DNA from: Octopus bimaculoides
Lineage: Eukaryota
Assembly (NCBI RefSeq): GCF_001194135.2
Contig: NC_068996.1
Coordinates: forward strand, 35,789,236 to 35,853,235
DNA: 64,000 nucleotides
Reading direction: 5' to 3'
The translations under genes were made by a program, and so were the position numbers. Each line of letters begins with the position of its first letter. Within the stretch, counting starts at the first letter, position 1. The notes beneath the pieces are model-generated. The model was not told the origin of the DNA, made no database searches, and saw nothing but the letters and a program-made list of their open reading frames with translations. Below are positions 27,233-40,640 of the stretch, piece by piece.

Positions 27233-27643
27233 NNNNNNNNNNNNNNNNNNNNNNNNNNNNNNNNNNNNNNNNNNNNNNNNNNNNNNNNNNNNNNNNNNNN
27301 NNNNNNNNNNNNNNNNNNNNNNNNNNNNNNNNNNNNNNNNNNNNNNNNNNNNNNNNNNNNNNNNNNNNNNNCATAATATATATATATGTTCTCATAACTT
27401 GTCTAAAGATCCTGTACTCCTACAGGTGGAACTGTAGCAAGGGACTGACTTGACCAAAATAAAAATATATTATTGATATAATATATTTTTATAAGTATTA
27501 TAAGTATTTTTTCTGACAGCACTCAATGGATATATATATATATATATATATATCAAATCTTTCCGGTAAAAATAAAGAAAATTTGGATGCACAATTAGAA
27601 ATTTTAAACATGAGACTTTGGTATTATCAGCTTTAAAATATTA

Positions 27644-28005
27644 TGAGTGGCTGTGTTTTAAGAAGCTTGCTTTCTAACCATGTGGTTCCAGGTTCAGTCT
27701 CACTGTGTGGCACTCTGGGCAAGTGTCATCTACTCTAGCCTTGGGCCAACCAAAACCTTGTGAGTGGATTTGGTAGAGAAACTGAAAGAAGCCTGTTGTA
27801 TATATGTATTTGTGTGTCTGTGTTTGTCCCCACTCCCTTGACAACTGATGTTGGTGTGGCTATGCCCCTGTAACCTTAGCAGTTCAGTGGAAGAGATCGA
27901 TAGAATAAGTACCAGGCTTATGAAGAATAAGTCCAAGGGTTGATTTTGACTAAAAGGCAGTGCTCCAGCATGGACCCAGTCAAATGACTGAAATAAAAAA
28001 TAAAG
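27644..28005 (+). mobile_element. tRNA-derived SINE family B (with internal TG/TA microsatellite), complete copy
   Basis: GAGTGGCTGTG...GGTTCAGTC (B-box-like)...CTGGGCAAGTGTC...AATAAGTACCAGGC...CCAGCATGG...TGACTGAAA. Other copies at ~38190-38520 and 38975-39335 (+), and ~4950-5435, 24545-25008, 26975-27232, 45765-46190, 50843-51310 and 62483-63032 (-). Confidence 0.85.
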
Positions 28006-29595
28006 CTAACGAAAAAATAGAAGCAACATTGTGAGTAAAGTGTTAAGATAGTCCAGTGAATGAGACATTGCACTACCTGCTTCAAGGGTTCAAACCTACT
28101 ACAGGAATTTTGCCATTTCTGAACGTGGTTATTTTATCTTGTGATGAGTGTGGCTGAGTGGTAAGAGGTTTACTTCCCAACCATTTGGTTTCAGATTAAG
28201 TCCCATTGTAGCTTCCATTATAGCACTGGGTCAACCAAAGTCCAGGAATTGAAACCGCAGGGAAACTGAAAGAATCCCATTGTATGTGCATGTTTTGCTG
28301 TCTCCCTACTTTGACATCATGTGATAGTTGTAAGCAGGTGTCACTGGCATGCAAGAGGTTTCCTTAATTTCAAGTCTTCCAAGCAATGGGTTGTCATGGA
28401 GAAATATCACCTTACTTGGAAACAGGTGAGAGTTGGGAACAGGGAGGGCATGCAGGCTGTACAAAATTCACTTTAACAAATTTCGTCTGACCCATGTAAG
28501 CATGGAAAAGTAGATGTTAAGTGATAATGGTTATGTGCCAGTAAAACTCCAGTCACTTTCTCATGATAGTGAACCCCCCCCCCCACTATTTCTAGGTAAT
28601 TTTTCTAAAATCTTAATGTTTGGCTTCAAATCAATTTTAAATGAGATCTTTCCAAATCAATAAAACTGTTGTTTAATCTTAGGTCATTCCACTTTAACCC
28701 TTTAAACTAGTGGAGGTGTGTGGTTTAGTGGTTAGGGTGTTGGACTCACAACTATAAGATTGTGGTTTCAATTCCTGGACTGGATGATGTATTGTGTTCT
28801 TGAGCAAAAACACTACAGAGGAATGGGCTCTGCCAGGCTTTCTCACCCTAGATACACTGCATGGCTGTATTGCCCCAATGACCTCCAAGAGGTTAAGAGA
28901 CTTGTCAATATCCAATCAAAATATTCTACTTCTTTTATGTTCAAACTGGCTAAATCTGGCCTCTTACACCAACCTTACAATATCATTGTAAAACATTAAC
29001 AGTTACCTTCTCAAAGTATTACTTTTGACAGAATAATGTGAATGCTAGTGTTAAGCAGATCAATGATTACAGAGGTGTTTCAGCTTTTACCCGTCCCCCT
29101 CCTCTTTTCTTTTGCAACATCTAGGACTCTGTTATCCAGTGTGTTAATTCTATTTTTTTCATTTTAAGTTAGTGAGAGTGTAATTTGGGGGGAAATTTCA
29201 CAAACATTTCTAGCATTTTCAGTGACTTCATAGACGTTTTCTTGTTGGCTCCTTCATTGATGGAATGTGTACTTTTGATGAAAGCTGCAGAGTTATTGCC
29301 CTTGATATTGTTGAAGCTCCTAACAAAACACACACACACACTCATAATTTTAATAATATTTTAAAGTGGTAGATTGTTCCATTTAATATATATATGTATA
29401 TATAATAGATTATTTATCACTTGAGGGGCCAATTAGATGTTAGTATCATCAGTGAATCTGAATGGATGAACCAAGATTTATTTCTGAGAACCTACTGGGG
29501 CAAAAAATTTCAAAGATTATTATTACCATTATTACTTTTGATTATCATTATTATTTCCTTTTAATTTTGTGACTTTATGTTTTCCCCGTTTTTAG

Positions 29596-29772
29596 AAAAT
29601 TTATTGAAAGTGTCTGGCACAGATGGCATGGATCGAGAAAATTGTGACATGAAAGGCAAACCGATGACACCGCAACTGAAAAGAAAACATGATAACAGCC
29701 ACATCATTAGCCCTATACATCACCCCAGTATATATTCATGTTCATCATCATCATCATCATTGCCTCATCCAG
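29596..29772 (+). CDS. SPAST: Spastin linker exon (position of human exon 4), Ser/His-rich
   Basis: ttttAG|AA...CCAG|GTagag; open frame (E)NLLKVSGTDGMDRENCDMKGKPMTPQLKRKHDNSHIISPIHHPSIYSCSSSSSSLPHP; 177 nt, phase 1-1 fits both neighbours. No sequence homology recognised, so support is frame and splice signals only. Confidence 0.7.
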
Positions 29773-31097
29773 GTAGAGCAACAGCCATTCTTCATCCCTC
29801 AACTCATATATCGCTTCCTCACGTTATTATTATTATTATTTTTATTATTATTATTATTATGCCATGTTGTTAGACACAGAATCATATATGCATGTTATTG
29901 ACAAGTTTGACATTCACTTTTGATGGAACCATAAATGTTTTATGGTGTTGGTGGTGGTAAATAAATATCTCGGATCAGGATTGTTCCAATGTCTCAAAGG
30001 ATCTTTTATTGGCTATTGATCTTTCATTTATTACTACAGAAAGGCTATGGGAGTCAGACTCGTTTTTTTTTTTTATCCAGCTATTTTATAATATGAGAGT
30101 AAAGTTGAGGGGAAAAAAAAAATTGACATAGACACAAGGACACAAGTTCTGGGGGAAGTGGGTTTGTCAATTAACCTTTAGCATGCTATAGATGCATCAT
30201 GTTGCCGTACTGATTTTCTCCCTTCGCAATGTAACACAATGTGTCTACAGCTACAACACCCTGTTGCGCCCTAAGCATGCTAAGGTTAAATTGATCCCAG
30301 TAGGTAACAAGTATTTTATTTTATCGACCTTGGAAGGTATAAATGTCAAAGTCAATTTTGGCAGTGTTTAAAGTTAAAACATAAGTTCTGCTTCAATTGC
30401 ATATGCTGGATATTTAATCAACCAGGCAGCTATTTGCAACATCAGTGAATGTTTTACTCTCTTTTTCCTATATCAGAAATAATGAATTCTCATTTAATTA
30501 TGTGGTTGGCTGCAAGTATGCACCATTGAAAAGGTCCAAAATGGTTGAAATGTCTAGTATTCCTATTGGCCTCTGCTGAGATGTATTTTTTGTCACTCCG
30601 CATGATATTTATTCTGTTTTTAATGCTGCAAGTCCATAACAGATCTCAAGATAAAAACTGCAGTAACTATTGAGTATGTGTGTACATTAAGTATGATAAA
30701 TAGATGGATATTTTAATTAAATACTACATCAATGACCAATACCATATATAATGGTGTAAGCTAATGCTACATGATATTTTGATCAATGCTCTAATAATTC
30801 TGCCAATCAATAATAATAATAACAATAATGATAATTTTGTGCTTTAGCACCAGACCAGAAATTTGTGTGTGTGTGTGTGTTGGGGTGGATGGATAGACAA
30901 TTACATTGATTCTCATACTTTATTTTATTGACCTCAGAAGGAGAATGAAAGGTAAAGTTAATCTTTGTAGGATTTGAACTAAGAATGTAAAGAGTTGGAA
31001 TGTGTGCTACACTCATTCTGTCCAATATTCTAATGCTTCTATTGATCCCCAACTCACTCCGCTGATGTTGTTGTTGTTCTTATTATTATCATTATTA

Positions 31098-31480
31098 TAA
31101 AGGGGTGAGCTGGCAGAATTGTTAGCACACTGGGTGAAATGCTTAGTGGCATTTCATCCATCATTATGTTCCAAGTTCAAATTCTGCCAACATTAACTTT
31201 GGCTGTCATCCTTAGATGAAATTGATGTAATTGTCTGTTTCCCTCCCACAAATTTCTGGTCTGGTGTCAATGTGCAAAATTATTATTATTATTGATTCAC
31301 AGAATTATTAGAGCATTGGTCAAAATATTTTGTAGCATTAGCTTACAGCACTATATATGGTATAGGCCATGGAGGCAGTATTTAAGGTTTGATAAAATAA
31401 GTACCAGTTGAGCACTAAGGTCAATGCAGTCAACTTACTCTCATGCCTGAATTTGCTGGCCTTGTGCCAAAATTTGAAAC

Positions 31481-31526
<46 letters not shown>

Positions 31527-32597
31527 GGCAGAATTGTTAGTACACTTGGCGAAATGCTTAGCAGTTGCCATGTTCTGAGTTCAAATTCCGCCGAGGTTGA
31601 CTTTACCTTTCATCCTTTCGGGTTTGATAAAATAAGTATCAGTTAAACACTGGGGTCAATGTAATTGACTCATTCCCTCCCCAAAAATTGCTGCCCTTGT
31701 GGCAAAATTTGAAACCATTATTATTATTATTATTATTATTATCATCATCAGGAGCAAGGGAAGTAGATTGGCAGAATTGTTAAAGTGTTGGACAAAATGC
31801 TTTACAACATAAAGTTGCATTGCACAATCTTCTGAGTTCAAATCCAGTTTTCATTTTCAACCTTTTGGAGTTGAAAAAATAAAAATAAAGTGCCAATCAA
31901 ATACTGAAGTTGATCAACTAACCCCTCCCCTCAAAATTGATGGACTTGTGCCTAAATCAGAAGCAATTATTATTATTATTATCATTAATTTAGAGCTGGC
32001 AGAATTGTTAGCAATACCAAACAAAATGCTCAGTGGCATTTCTTCTGGGTTTATGTTCCAAGTTCAAATTCTAAGGTCGACCTTATCTTTCATCCTTTTG
32101 GAGTCAATAAAATAGGTACCAGTTCAGCTCTGGGGATGATATAATTGACTAGTCCCCTTCCTACAAAACTTCTGGGCCTTGTACCTATAGTATAAATTAT
32201 TTTTGTTATCATTATTTAAGGTGGTGAGCTGGCAATATTGTTAGCACACCAGGCAAAATGATTAGCAGTATTTCGACCATTGCTACATTCTGAGTATAAA
32301 TTCTGCCAAGGTCGACTTTGCCTTTCATCCTTTCAGGGTTGATAAATTAAGTACCAGTGAAACACTGGGGTCAATGTAATTGACTAGTCCCCCTCCCCCA
32401 AAATTTCAGGCTTTGTGCCTTTAGTAGAAAGCATTATTATTATGTTTTGTCCATGTTTATGTTCTGAGTTCAAATTCTGCAGAGGTTGACTTTGCCTTTC
32501 ATCCTCTCGGGGTCGATAAAATTAAGTACCAGTTGAGTAATGGGGTAAATATAATCAACTAGTCCCCTCCCCCAAAATTGTGACTTTAGTGGAAAGG

Positions 32598-32643
<46 letters not shown>
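31098..32643 (+). mobile_element. Head-to-tail array of about 7 tRNA-derived SINEs (family A, ~220 bp, (ATT)n tail)
   Basis: Repeated GAGCTGGCAGAATTGTTAGC...GTTCAAATTC (B-box-like)...AAGTACCAG...CCCCAAAATT...(ATT)n. Other family A clusters at ~6255-6710, 13385-13804, 16140-16360, 17407-17870 and 60300-60707 (+), and single copies at 15100-15305 and 43800-44000 (-). Confidence 0.85.
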
Positions 32644-32644
<1 letters not shown>

Positions 32645-33373
32645 CTTCTTCATCACCACTGTTGTCTTGCTGGATAATGTATCGGTGAATTTGTTTACCA
32701 TCTGAGACCTAACATTTTCATCAGTTTCTCCTGGCCTTTCTATCAGTTTAATTAGCTTTTGCAAAGTAAAGTATAATTTGGTATTGTTCTTAGCACAATA
32801 TGGAAATGATTATTGAATTACCGAACAACAAGTATTAGATTTCACTAAGAGTTATGTACTTATATACATATCCAATTACATATATGATCATCTTCAGCAT
32901 CATCATCACCACCGTCATATGTCCATGTTCCATGCTGGCATGTGTTAGATGGTTTGATAGGATCTGCCGGGTCTAAGGACTGCATTGAGCTCAGTGTGTG
33001 CTCTGTCTTGGTTTCTATGGCTGGATGCCCTTCCTCATACCAACTACTCCTACAGTGCAGTGTATACTAGGTGTTTTTGACTTGACACTGGCATTGTTGA
33101 GGTCATCATGCAGCTTGTGAAATAACAAACCCCAAGGGTTGCTTATTACACACACACACACATACACGATGGATTCTTCTTTTGAAGATGACATATGAGT
33201 ATTCAGCTTTTGCTGAACAACTTGCACAAATGATTTGTCTATGGTGATCAAATGTTCGTGCCTGAACAGGTACACGGTGTGCCATGTGTCAGATGTTGAA
33301 GTGATTGCAGAGCAATGTAAAATTCCAAGACCATCTGGTCTAGGAATTGAAATCATGATCTAACCACTAAGCC

Positions 33374-33406
<33 letters not shown>

Positions 33407-33519
33407 TATGTATATATGTATATATGTATATATAAATAAATAATAGAGAATATGGAGACTTGTACATCTACAAAATTTATTTTATAGTTATATACAGCAT
33501 ATTACAATGACCTAAGAAG

Positions 33520-33842
33520 GCAAATGGCTCAGTGGTTAGAGCGTCGAGCTTACGATCGCGAAGTTGTGAGTTCGAATCCCAGATCAGGTTGCGTGTTGTG
33601 TTCTTGAGCAAGACACTTTATTTCACATTGCTCCAGTTCACTCAGCTGTAGAAATGGGTTGTGATGTCACAGGTGCCAAACTGTATTGGCCTTTGCCATT
33701 CCCTTGGATAACACTGGTGGCGTGGAGAGGGGTGGTCGGTATGCATGGGTTGTTCCATAAACAACCTTGCCCAGACTTGTGCCTTGAAGGGTAACTTTCT
33801 AGGTGCAATCCCATGGTCAGTCATGACCAAAGGGGGTCTCAG
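33520..33842 (+). mobile_element. tRNA-derived SINE family C
   Basis: Clear A box TGGCTCAGTGG and B box GTTCGAATCCC followed by GTGTTCTTGAGCAAGACACTTTA; related copies at ~24335-24475 (-), 40825-41030 (+) and 61780-62095 (-). Confidence 0.8.
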
Positions 33843-34181
33843 CACAATGACTTACACGTGTTTCTGCTGCAGTGACTACTCACTGTTGCAAATGCAACCT
33901 TGCAATATTGTCGGTGCAGCTGTTAACTGGAATTTAACTGAGAGCTAATATGGTATCTGCCCTGATAATATATCCCTCCAAATTTGATGACTGGTACCTG
34001 TGCCAGTGGAGCACTAACAGCACTGTCCAAGTGTGATCATTGCCGGAGCAGCTGTCTAGCTTCTGTGCCAGTGGCACATAAATAGCACCATNNNNNNNNN
34101 NNNNNNNNNNNNNNNNNNNNNNNNNNNNNNNNNNNNNNNNNNNNNNNNNNNNNNNNNNNNNNNNNNNNNNNNNNNNNNNNN

Positions 34182-34547
34182 GCACCATTTGAGCGTGATC
34201 GTTACCAGTGTCGCCTTACTGGCACTTGTGCTGGTGGCATGCGAAAAAATATTCGAGCGAGGTTGTTGCCAATGCCGCTGGACTGGCTCCTGTGCAGGTG
34301 GCACGTAAAAAACACCATTTTGAGCTTGGCTGTTGCCAGTACTGTGTGACTGTCACTCGTGCCGGTGGCACGTAAAACACCCACTACACTCTCGGAGTGG
34401 TTGGCGTTAGGAAGGGCATCCAGCTGTAGAAACTCCACCAGATCAGATTGGAGCCTGGTGCAGCTATCTGGTTCACCAGTCCTCAGTCAAATCGTCTAAC
34501 CCATGCTAGCATGGAAAGCAGACGTTAAACGATGATGATGATGATAT
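34182..34547 (+). mobile_element. RTE-type 3'UTR repeat with (GAT)n tail
   Basis: Near-identical to 49186-49471; internal repeats of GGTGGCACGTAAAA-CACC. Further copies at ~41838-42185, 42235-42520, 42815-43105, 45185-45540, 46480-46740, 50090-50340 and 59800-60040 (+), and at ~8180-8340, 12725-12960, 32900-33120, 37720-38090 and 55440-55980 (-). Confidence 0.85.
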
Positions 34548-37221
34548 ATACACACACACACATACATTCATATACATATGTATAATATATATGTATGTAA
34601 GAGATATAGCGACAGATGTGTATAATCTAAGATTTTTGTTGTTGTTGTTTAATCAGCAGTGAGGGTATTTCTACATTTACATATGTGCCAATAAAGTGGC
34701 CTCTCACCCCATTGTCTTGAAAAGAAGGCATACATTTATTAGGCAATATCTGAGAGAGGATTGAGATCATTATGGCTGGAGTGCTTTTGATCATAGGTCA
34801 GATTTGACCTGTGGTTAAACAGCAACAACAATCAGTAAGCAGTATACTAAGTCATAGGAATTATTTATATCAGGGGCAACTTCTCTACTTTTCTAGTTTG
34901 CCAATTGCTTCCATGATTAGAGAAATTAAAGTTGACTGCTGGGGAAGGCTGTAAAAGCAAATGTTAATATTTAATGAGATTTGATGCACACATGCCTCAT
35001 GGCAAGTGTGTCTAGGGGTGAGAGATTTAGGAAAAAGTATATTCAATAATAAATTTATGAAATAATGAGACTAAAGTAGTTTGAAATATTGGAAAAACTT
35101 TTTACCAAGAAGACATTTATAAAACGTTGGGTGAAATATAGGTGAATCTAGAAACTTGTCATTATCACATGGTTCTGTGTTTAACATAGCATGTTTTCAT
35201 GGAACGCTTGGTACTCACATTTCATACTTTACAGCAGGAATTCCATTTCTTCTAATCTGTTCATTTCATTATCCTTGTTATTTCTTTAATAACTGGTTGT
35301 GGTTACTGCATGACTTCCAAACTAAAATATTCTAAGTCTTCAGTTTCTTTTCTCTCTCTCTCTCTCTCTTTTAACCCTTTGCCTGTCCTGTGTTTCCCTG
35401 GTAGCCATAAGTCAAAGATGATGAACATTCCCAATTCTTATTGTTTTTTTTCAACTACCAGTGTAACTCAAGACTTATGAAAGGAAAGCTTTATATTACT
35501 CAAAACGCATGAAATGACAGCTAGCTAAAAGTTTGCTAATAAGCATGGACATTTAGGACAGACTTATGGAAATGCTTTGGATATGTAAAGGATTAATGAC
35601 TTACTAATATTTTTCTAATACCATCTTTTATATGAGAAAGCTTTGATGGATCAAGTTACTAATCACTAATTCCTTCATTTTTAACATCTTACAGTTCTTT
35701 GAAGGTAACAAATGCTAACGTGTTACTAATCTTGTTTTCTCATTTATGAACAATGTTTGAATTTAATTATTTAGAGAATGGTGCAACAGCTTGGGAAGTA
35801 TTTTCTTTTATAACCCTAGGTCAACCAATGCTTTGTGAGGAGGAAATTGCTAATGGAAAACTTTGTGGAAGCCTGACATTTGTGTATGTGTTTGTGGTGT
35901 GTGTATATTTGTTTGCTTGTGTGTGAATGTTTACAAAACTACCTAGAAATATAAAAATAGTTGATGTCAGTGTTGTTTGTGGTTAGGCTACTACAGATTG
36001 CCTGCTAGCTCTGCAACCTCAAATTTGCCTGCAATAAAAAAAAAATAATCTTTTACTTGAAAAACAAACAAGGTTTGGCAAACAAGAAATGATCGTAGCC
36101 ATGAAAATCCTGCTTCAAATTTATTCCAATCTAAGCCATGTTAGCATGATAAACAAACAGTAAACAAAACAAAACTGTATTAACAAGCATTTGTATAGAT
36201 TAGATTGGAAAAACTGTTATTGACTTTATAAGTGTTTTGATATGATTTAGAATAATTTTGCAAACATTTGTTTAGCATTTCTGATTGCTCTGTCAAATGT
36301 AATGCTTATTAATTCACATTGTTTTGAATTAATCATGCATTATCTTGTAGCTTCAAAATTTCAATGGTGTGTTTGTATATTTTTAGAATGACAGTGTAGG
36401 ATAGGTGTGAGAGGTTGAATCTGGTCAGTTTGAACATGAAACAGGTAAATTATTTGGGCTGGATTTAGTCAGATTAAATGCTAAAAGATTAAAGCACTTT
36501 CAGTACTTCATTTCATTGAAGAGCAGTTATTAGGTTGTGGAATTAATCTATCACCCAGTTTAACATCATTACATGACCCTTGGGTGCCTTTCAGCAAAAT
36601 CCACTATGTTACAAGCATGATAATTATTATTATTACTATTATTATTAGTTGGCCCCGTGCTGTCAAAAATAATGGCTAATTGTAGTGTTTTATATATAAA
36701 TATGGATGGTAAATCAAATTAATACACTTGTCAATGTTATCTAGTGGTTGTCTTTTCAGATGTGACATCAATCATCGTTTGTTACTGAAAGAACGCTGAT
36801 TCATACATACATTCACATACTTCCCCTTGTACACGCACACACATACACACATATACTCACACAGAGTTGAAATGCTGTTTGATTTTTCTTTTCAGCGTTG
36901 AATGTTCACTGTCCCACTTCCATTGCACACACACACACACACACATGACTCCCTTTTACATACACACACATTTGAAACGCTTCCACTATCAGTTTGCCAT
37001 CACTCCTTCCTTCCTTATTTATTTATCCCTTCCTTTCTCATATGTTGTGATAGAGAAAAATACGAGTATTATTATAGTAGAAGATATATACTCACACATG
37101 AAAACACATGCATTTACACATACATGCACACACACACACATGCACACACACATACATACATGTATAAACATGCATGCATAGAAACACATGCATGTACACA
37201 TATACATGTACACACACACGT

Positions 37222-37264
<43 letters not shown>

Positions 37265-37645
37265 GGAACATTAGTTTAAAGTGTACAATCATCTGACTGT
37301 GATGGATGGATATTCTGTGCTGTTCTGTGCAACAACCATCACCAGCTTCCAGAAGTAGGCTCCACTATATTAGCTGCCATTCTCCTGGTAGAACCTTACT
37401 CTGGACCTTGATTCACTCTTATTGTAATCAATTATTGTTAGTGGGCATCTACTGAGAATTCTTGTTGCGTAGCAACTCTAGCATTACTCTGCTGCTGATC
37501 TCACTCAAGTCTGAGATATCATTTCCCACATGAGTGATTGATATTTGCAAAGTGTCTGTTTTGTCTATAGAATTTTGGAAAGTCATATAAAGCTATACTA
37601 ATCAGTTTTTAACTGCCACAAACATACACATGCGCACGCACACAA

Positions 37646-37677
<32 letters not shown>

Positions 37678-38312
37678 TAGCAGGCAAAATTTTGAAGTAG
37701 TTTTAGCATGGAATGCAATTGTCATCATCATCATCATTTAATGTCCACTTTCCATGCTAGCATGGGTTTGACTGGAACTGGTAAGCCGGAGGGCTACACC
37801 AGGTTCCAGTCTGCTTTGGCATGCTTTCTGATTGGATGCCCTTCCTTATGCCAATCACTCAGAGAGTGTAATGGGTGCATTTTACGTGCCATTTACATGA
37901 CATCAGCAATGGCCACAACTACAATTTCATTTGGCTTGATGAGTCTTCATAAGCACAGCATATTACCAAAAGGTCTTGATCACTTGTCATCATCTCTGTG
38001 AGGCCTGACATTTGAAGATCATGCTACTGGTAATGGCTACAATTATGATTTCATGGGGTCATTCACATGACACTGGCAACAGCCAGCTTTCAAATTTCTT
38101 AAGTTAGCATGCTCCATAGGCATGACTTTCTCTCTCTCTCTCATATCATGCTATCTGAGACCAGAAAATCATTATTTGCATAAATCTCTGATAAAAAGTT
38201 TGCTTCTGAACCACATGACTCTTGGTTAAGTCCCACTGCATGGCACCTTGGGAAAAGTGTCTTCTGCTATACCTCCAGGCTGACCAAAACCTTGTGAGTG
38301 GATTTTTGTAGA

Positions 38313-38346
<34 letters not shown>

Positions 38347-39102
38347 TTTATGTTTGTCCCTCATTACCATTTGACAACCAATGTTAGTTTGTTTACATTT
38401 CCACAATTTAACAGTTCAGCAAAAGAGACAGAATAAGTAGTACCAGACTTAAGAAAATATAAGTACTAGAGGTGATTTGTTCGACTAAATCCTGCAATGA
38501 CTAAAGCAAGTAAATAGTAAAAGATAACAGAAGTAATTAATGTATTAACATTGGAAATGTTCTGTGTTGCTCGCTAAGAGCTTGAAATTTAAGCAAATGA
38601 ATTGGTAGAGGATGAAAATGCAAAAGACAAAGAAAGTCTCACTGTTTACTGATGATGTATAATATGGTACCTGGATATCTGGAATTATAATTAATGAAAG
38701 ACATAGTTTCCTCTCAAGAATATTGTTGTTTAACCACAGGTCGGTCCTTATTAAGCAAATCTATAGTCAGTGGTGTTCCAGTTATGACCATCCCGTCTAT
38801 TTCTCAGCTGTGTTGCACCTAGGGAATAGGTACTGTTTCTTGCAGATTGAACCCCTACCTACCCACACACACATAGTGGCAGAGCTTCAAAGACTGGGAT
38901 GGAGAAGATTTCTGTGCCAACAATGCTTAAGCTGGTGACTTTTGGTCCTAAAATGTGGAAGAGTGCTTGCATGCATGGTTGCTTCCCAACCACATGGTTT
39001 GTGGTTCAGTCCCATTGCATGGCACCTTGGACAAAGACCATCTACTATAACCCTGAACTAACCAAAACCTTTTGAGTGGATTTGGTAGATGGAAACTGAA
39101 AG

Positions 39103-39137
<35 letters not shown>

Positions 39138-40482
39138 TCCCCACCATCACTGCTTGACAACTGGTGCTGTTGTTTACATTCCTGTAACTTAGTGGTTTGG
39201 CAAAAGAACTGATAGAATAAGTACCAGGCTTTAAAAAATTAAGTACTGGGGGTCAATACATTCAACTAAAAATTCTTCATGGTGATGCACCAGCATGGCC
39301 ACAGTCTAATAACTGGAAAAAGTAAAAAAAAAAAAAAGACGCAAAGTGTCCAATTTATAGTCAAACTTAAAAGAACTGTCTATAATGTTGTCTTCAGTTG
39401 TGGCTGGCAGACTTCAAAGAATAATTCACTAACTTCATCTTGAGAAAATGTGTTTTTAAATTTTGTTGTCAGCTCTTGAAGGGGTGATTGAGCCTCTATG
39501 TAGTTGCTCAACTTGCAAGAAGTAAGTAAGTAAGTGGTATGAAGGATATTAACCAAATATTCTTCATACCACACCTTAGCATGGAGGAATAGAGAGAGAG
39601 AGACGTATTTGATAATATTGTTCTGAATGAACTGTGCCTGGGGAAAGGTTGGATGGTCAAGACTGGAAACACCTTTGATTATGCTGTCTAACACAGTTTT
39701 TGTCCTTCAGTAGCAACTGTTATTTCCTATTTGCTTACCCCTAGGATGTATGAAAAATGGCTAATATTTCCATCAAAATTTGCTTTTGTTACGTTTATTC
39801 AAACCCCAAAGAATTTCTCTCAACACATGGCTATGATGCTCCCCCCACTACTCCTGCTCATCATCAGAGATGTACAAATTGTCAACTACTAAGGGATATG
39901 CTCAAATAATTAAGGTTAAGCAACTGAAAAGCTAATCAGTGGTATTGAGCAGAATATTTACTATAATGATATTTCTGCTTCAGCAACTCAGTGCTGAATA
40001 TGTCTGAAATGTAATGGAATATAGATCAGTTTCAAAACCTTGATGTCCCGATCACAAAAGCAAAGTTTGAAGGGAATAATAGTCATTTCCTTTGGTTTCT
40101 AGATAGAAGCAAATAGGAAATAACATTGACCAAAGACAATAAAATAGAAATAAAAATTTTGTTACACAGTGTTATAGATTTGCTTAGATAGTGGTTGACT
40201 TGAGCCAAAATTATGACAACCACTTAGGGTGTTATACTAGCTTGTGAGGCAGTGTTACTATTAAAAAAAAATAATATATGGTAAGGAGATGTGGTGGATG
40301 TGGATAATGGAAGATAAAAGTGAAGGGGGGAAATGAATGGAGAAGAGAGAAACATGTTGTAGAAACATGATTGGAGAGGGAGAAAAACAGGGAGAGAGAG
40401 GAGTAGAAGGAGTTGGATTAATAAGAAAAAGAGACAATGTTATCATCTTGTATTAAATGATTGATTATTTTTATACTTTTAG

Positions 40483-40640
40483 TTGCAACAAAACCATTAA
40501 AGCCATCCAAAAATCAATTACTAGTGCATAAAAGCAACACGTTACCTCGAACTAGAAGTACATCAACTTCAACCCTGCGAGAAAGTCCTACTTTATCACC
40601 TAAAAAACAGGTTCACAAACGACAGTTATCACAACCTGAT
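40483..40640 (+). CDS. SPAST: Spastin exon (human exon 5 equivalent), basic linker / microtubule-binding region
   Basis: ttttAG|TT...GAT|GTaagt; (V)ATKPLKPSKNQLLVHKSNTLPRTRSTSTSTLRESPTLSPKKQVHKRQLSQPD; SNTLPR matches human SNSLPR; phase 1-0, 158 nt. Confidence 0.88.

Noticed and set aside
31098-32643. CRISPR-like repeat-spacer array
   Set aside because: The units are ~220-bp SINEs separated by microsatellite, the context is eukaryotic, and there are no cas genes.
33520-33590. tRNA gene
   Set aside because: A and B boxes are present, but there is no complete cloverleaf and the sequence continues into a dispersed repeat body; it is a SINE head.
39380-39694. 104-aa minus-strand ORF with a faint resemblance to a mariner C-terminus
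   Set aside because: Catalytic motifs are not recognisable and no TIRs were found; the similarity is too weak to call.
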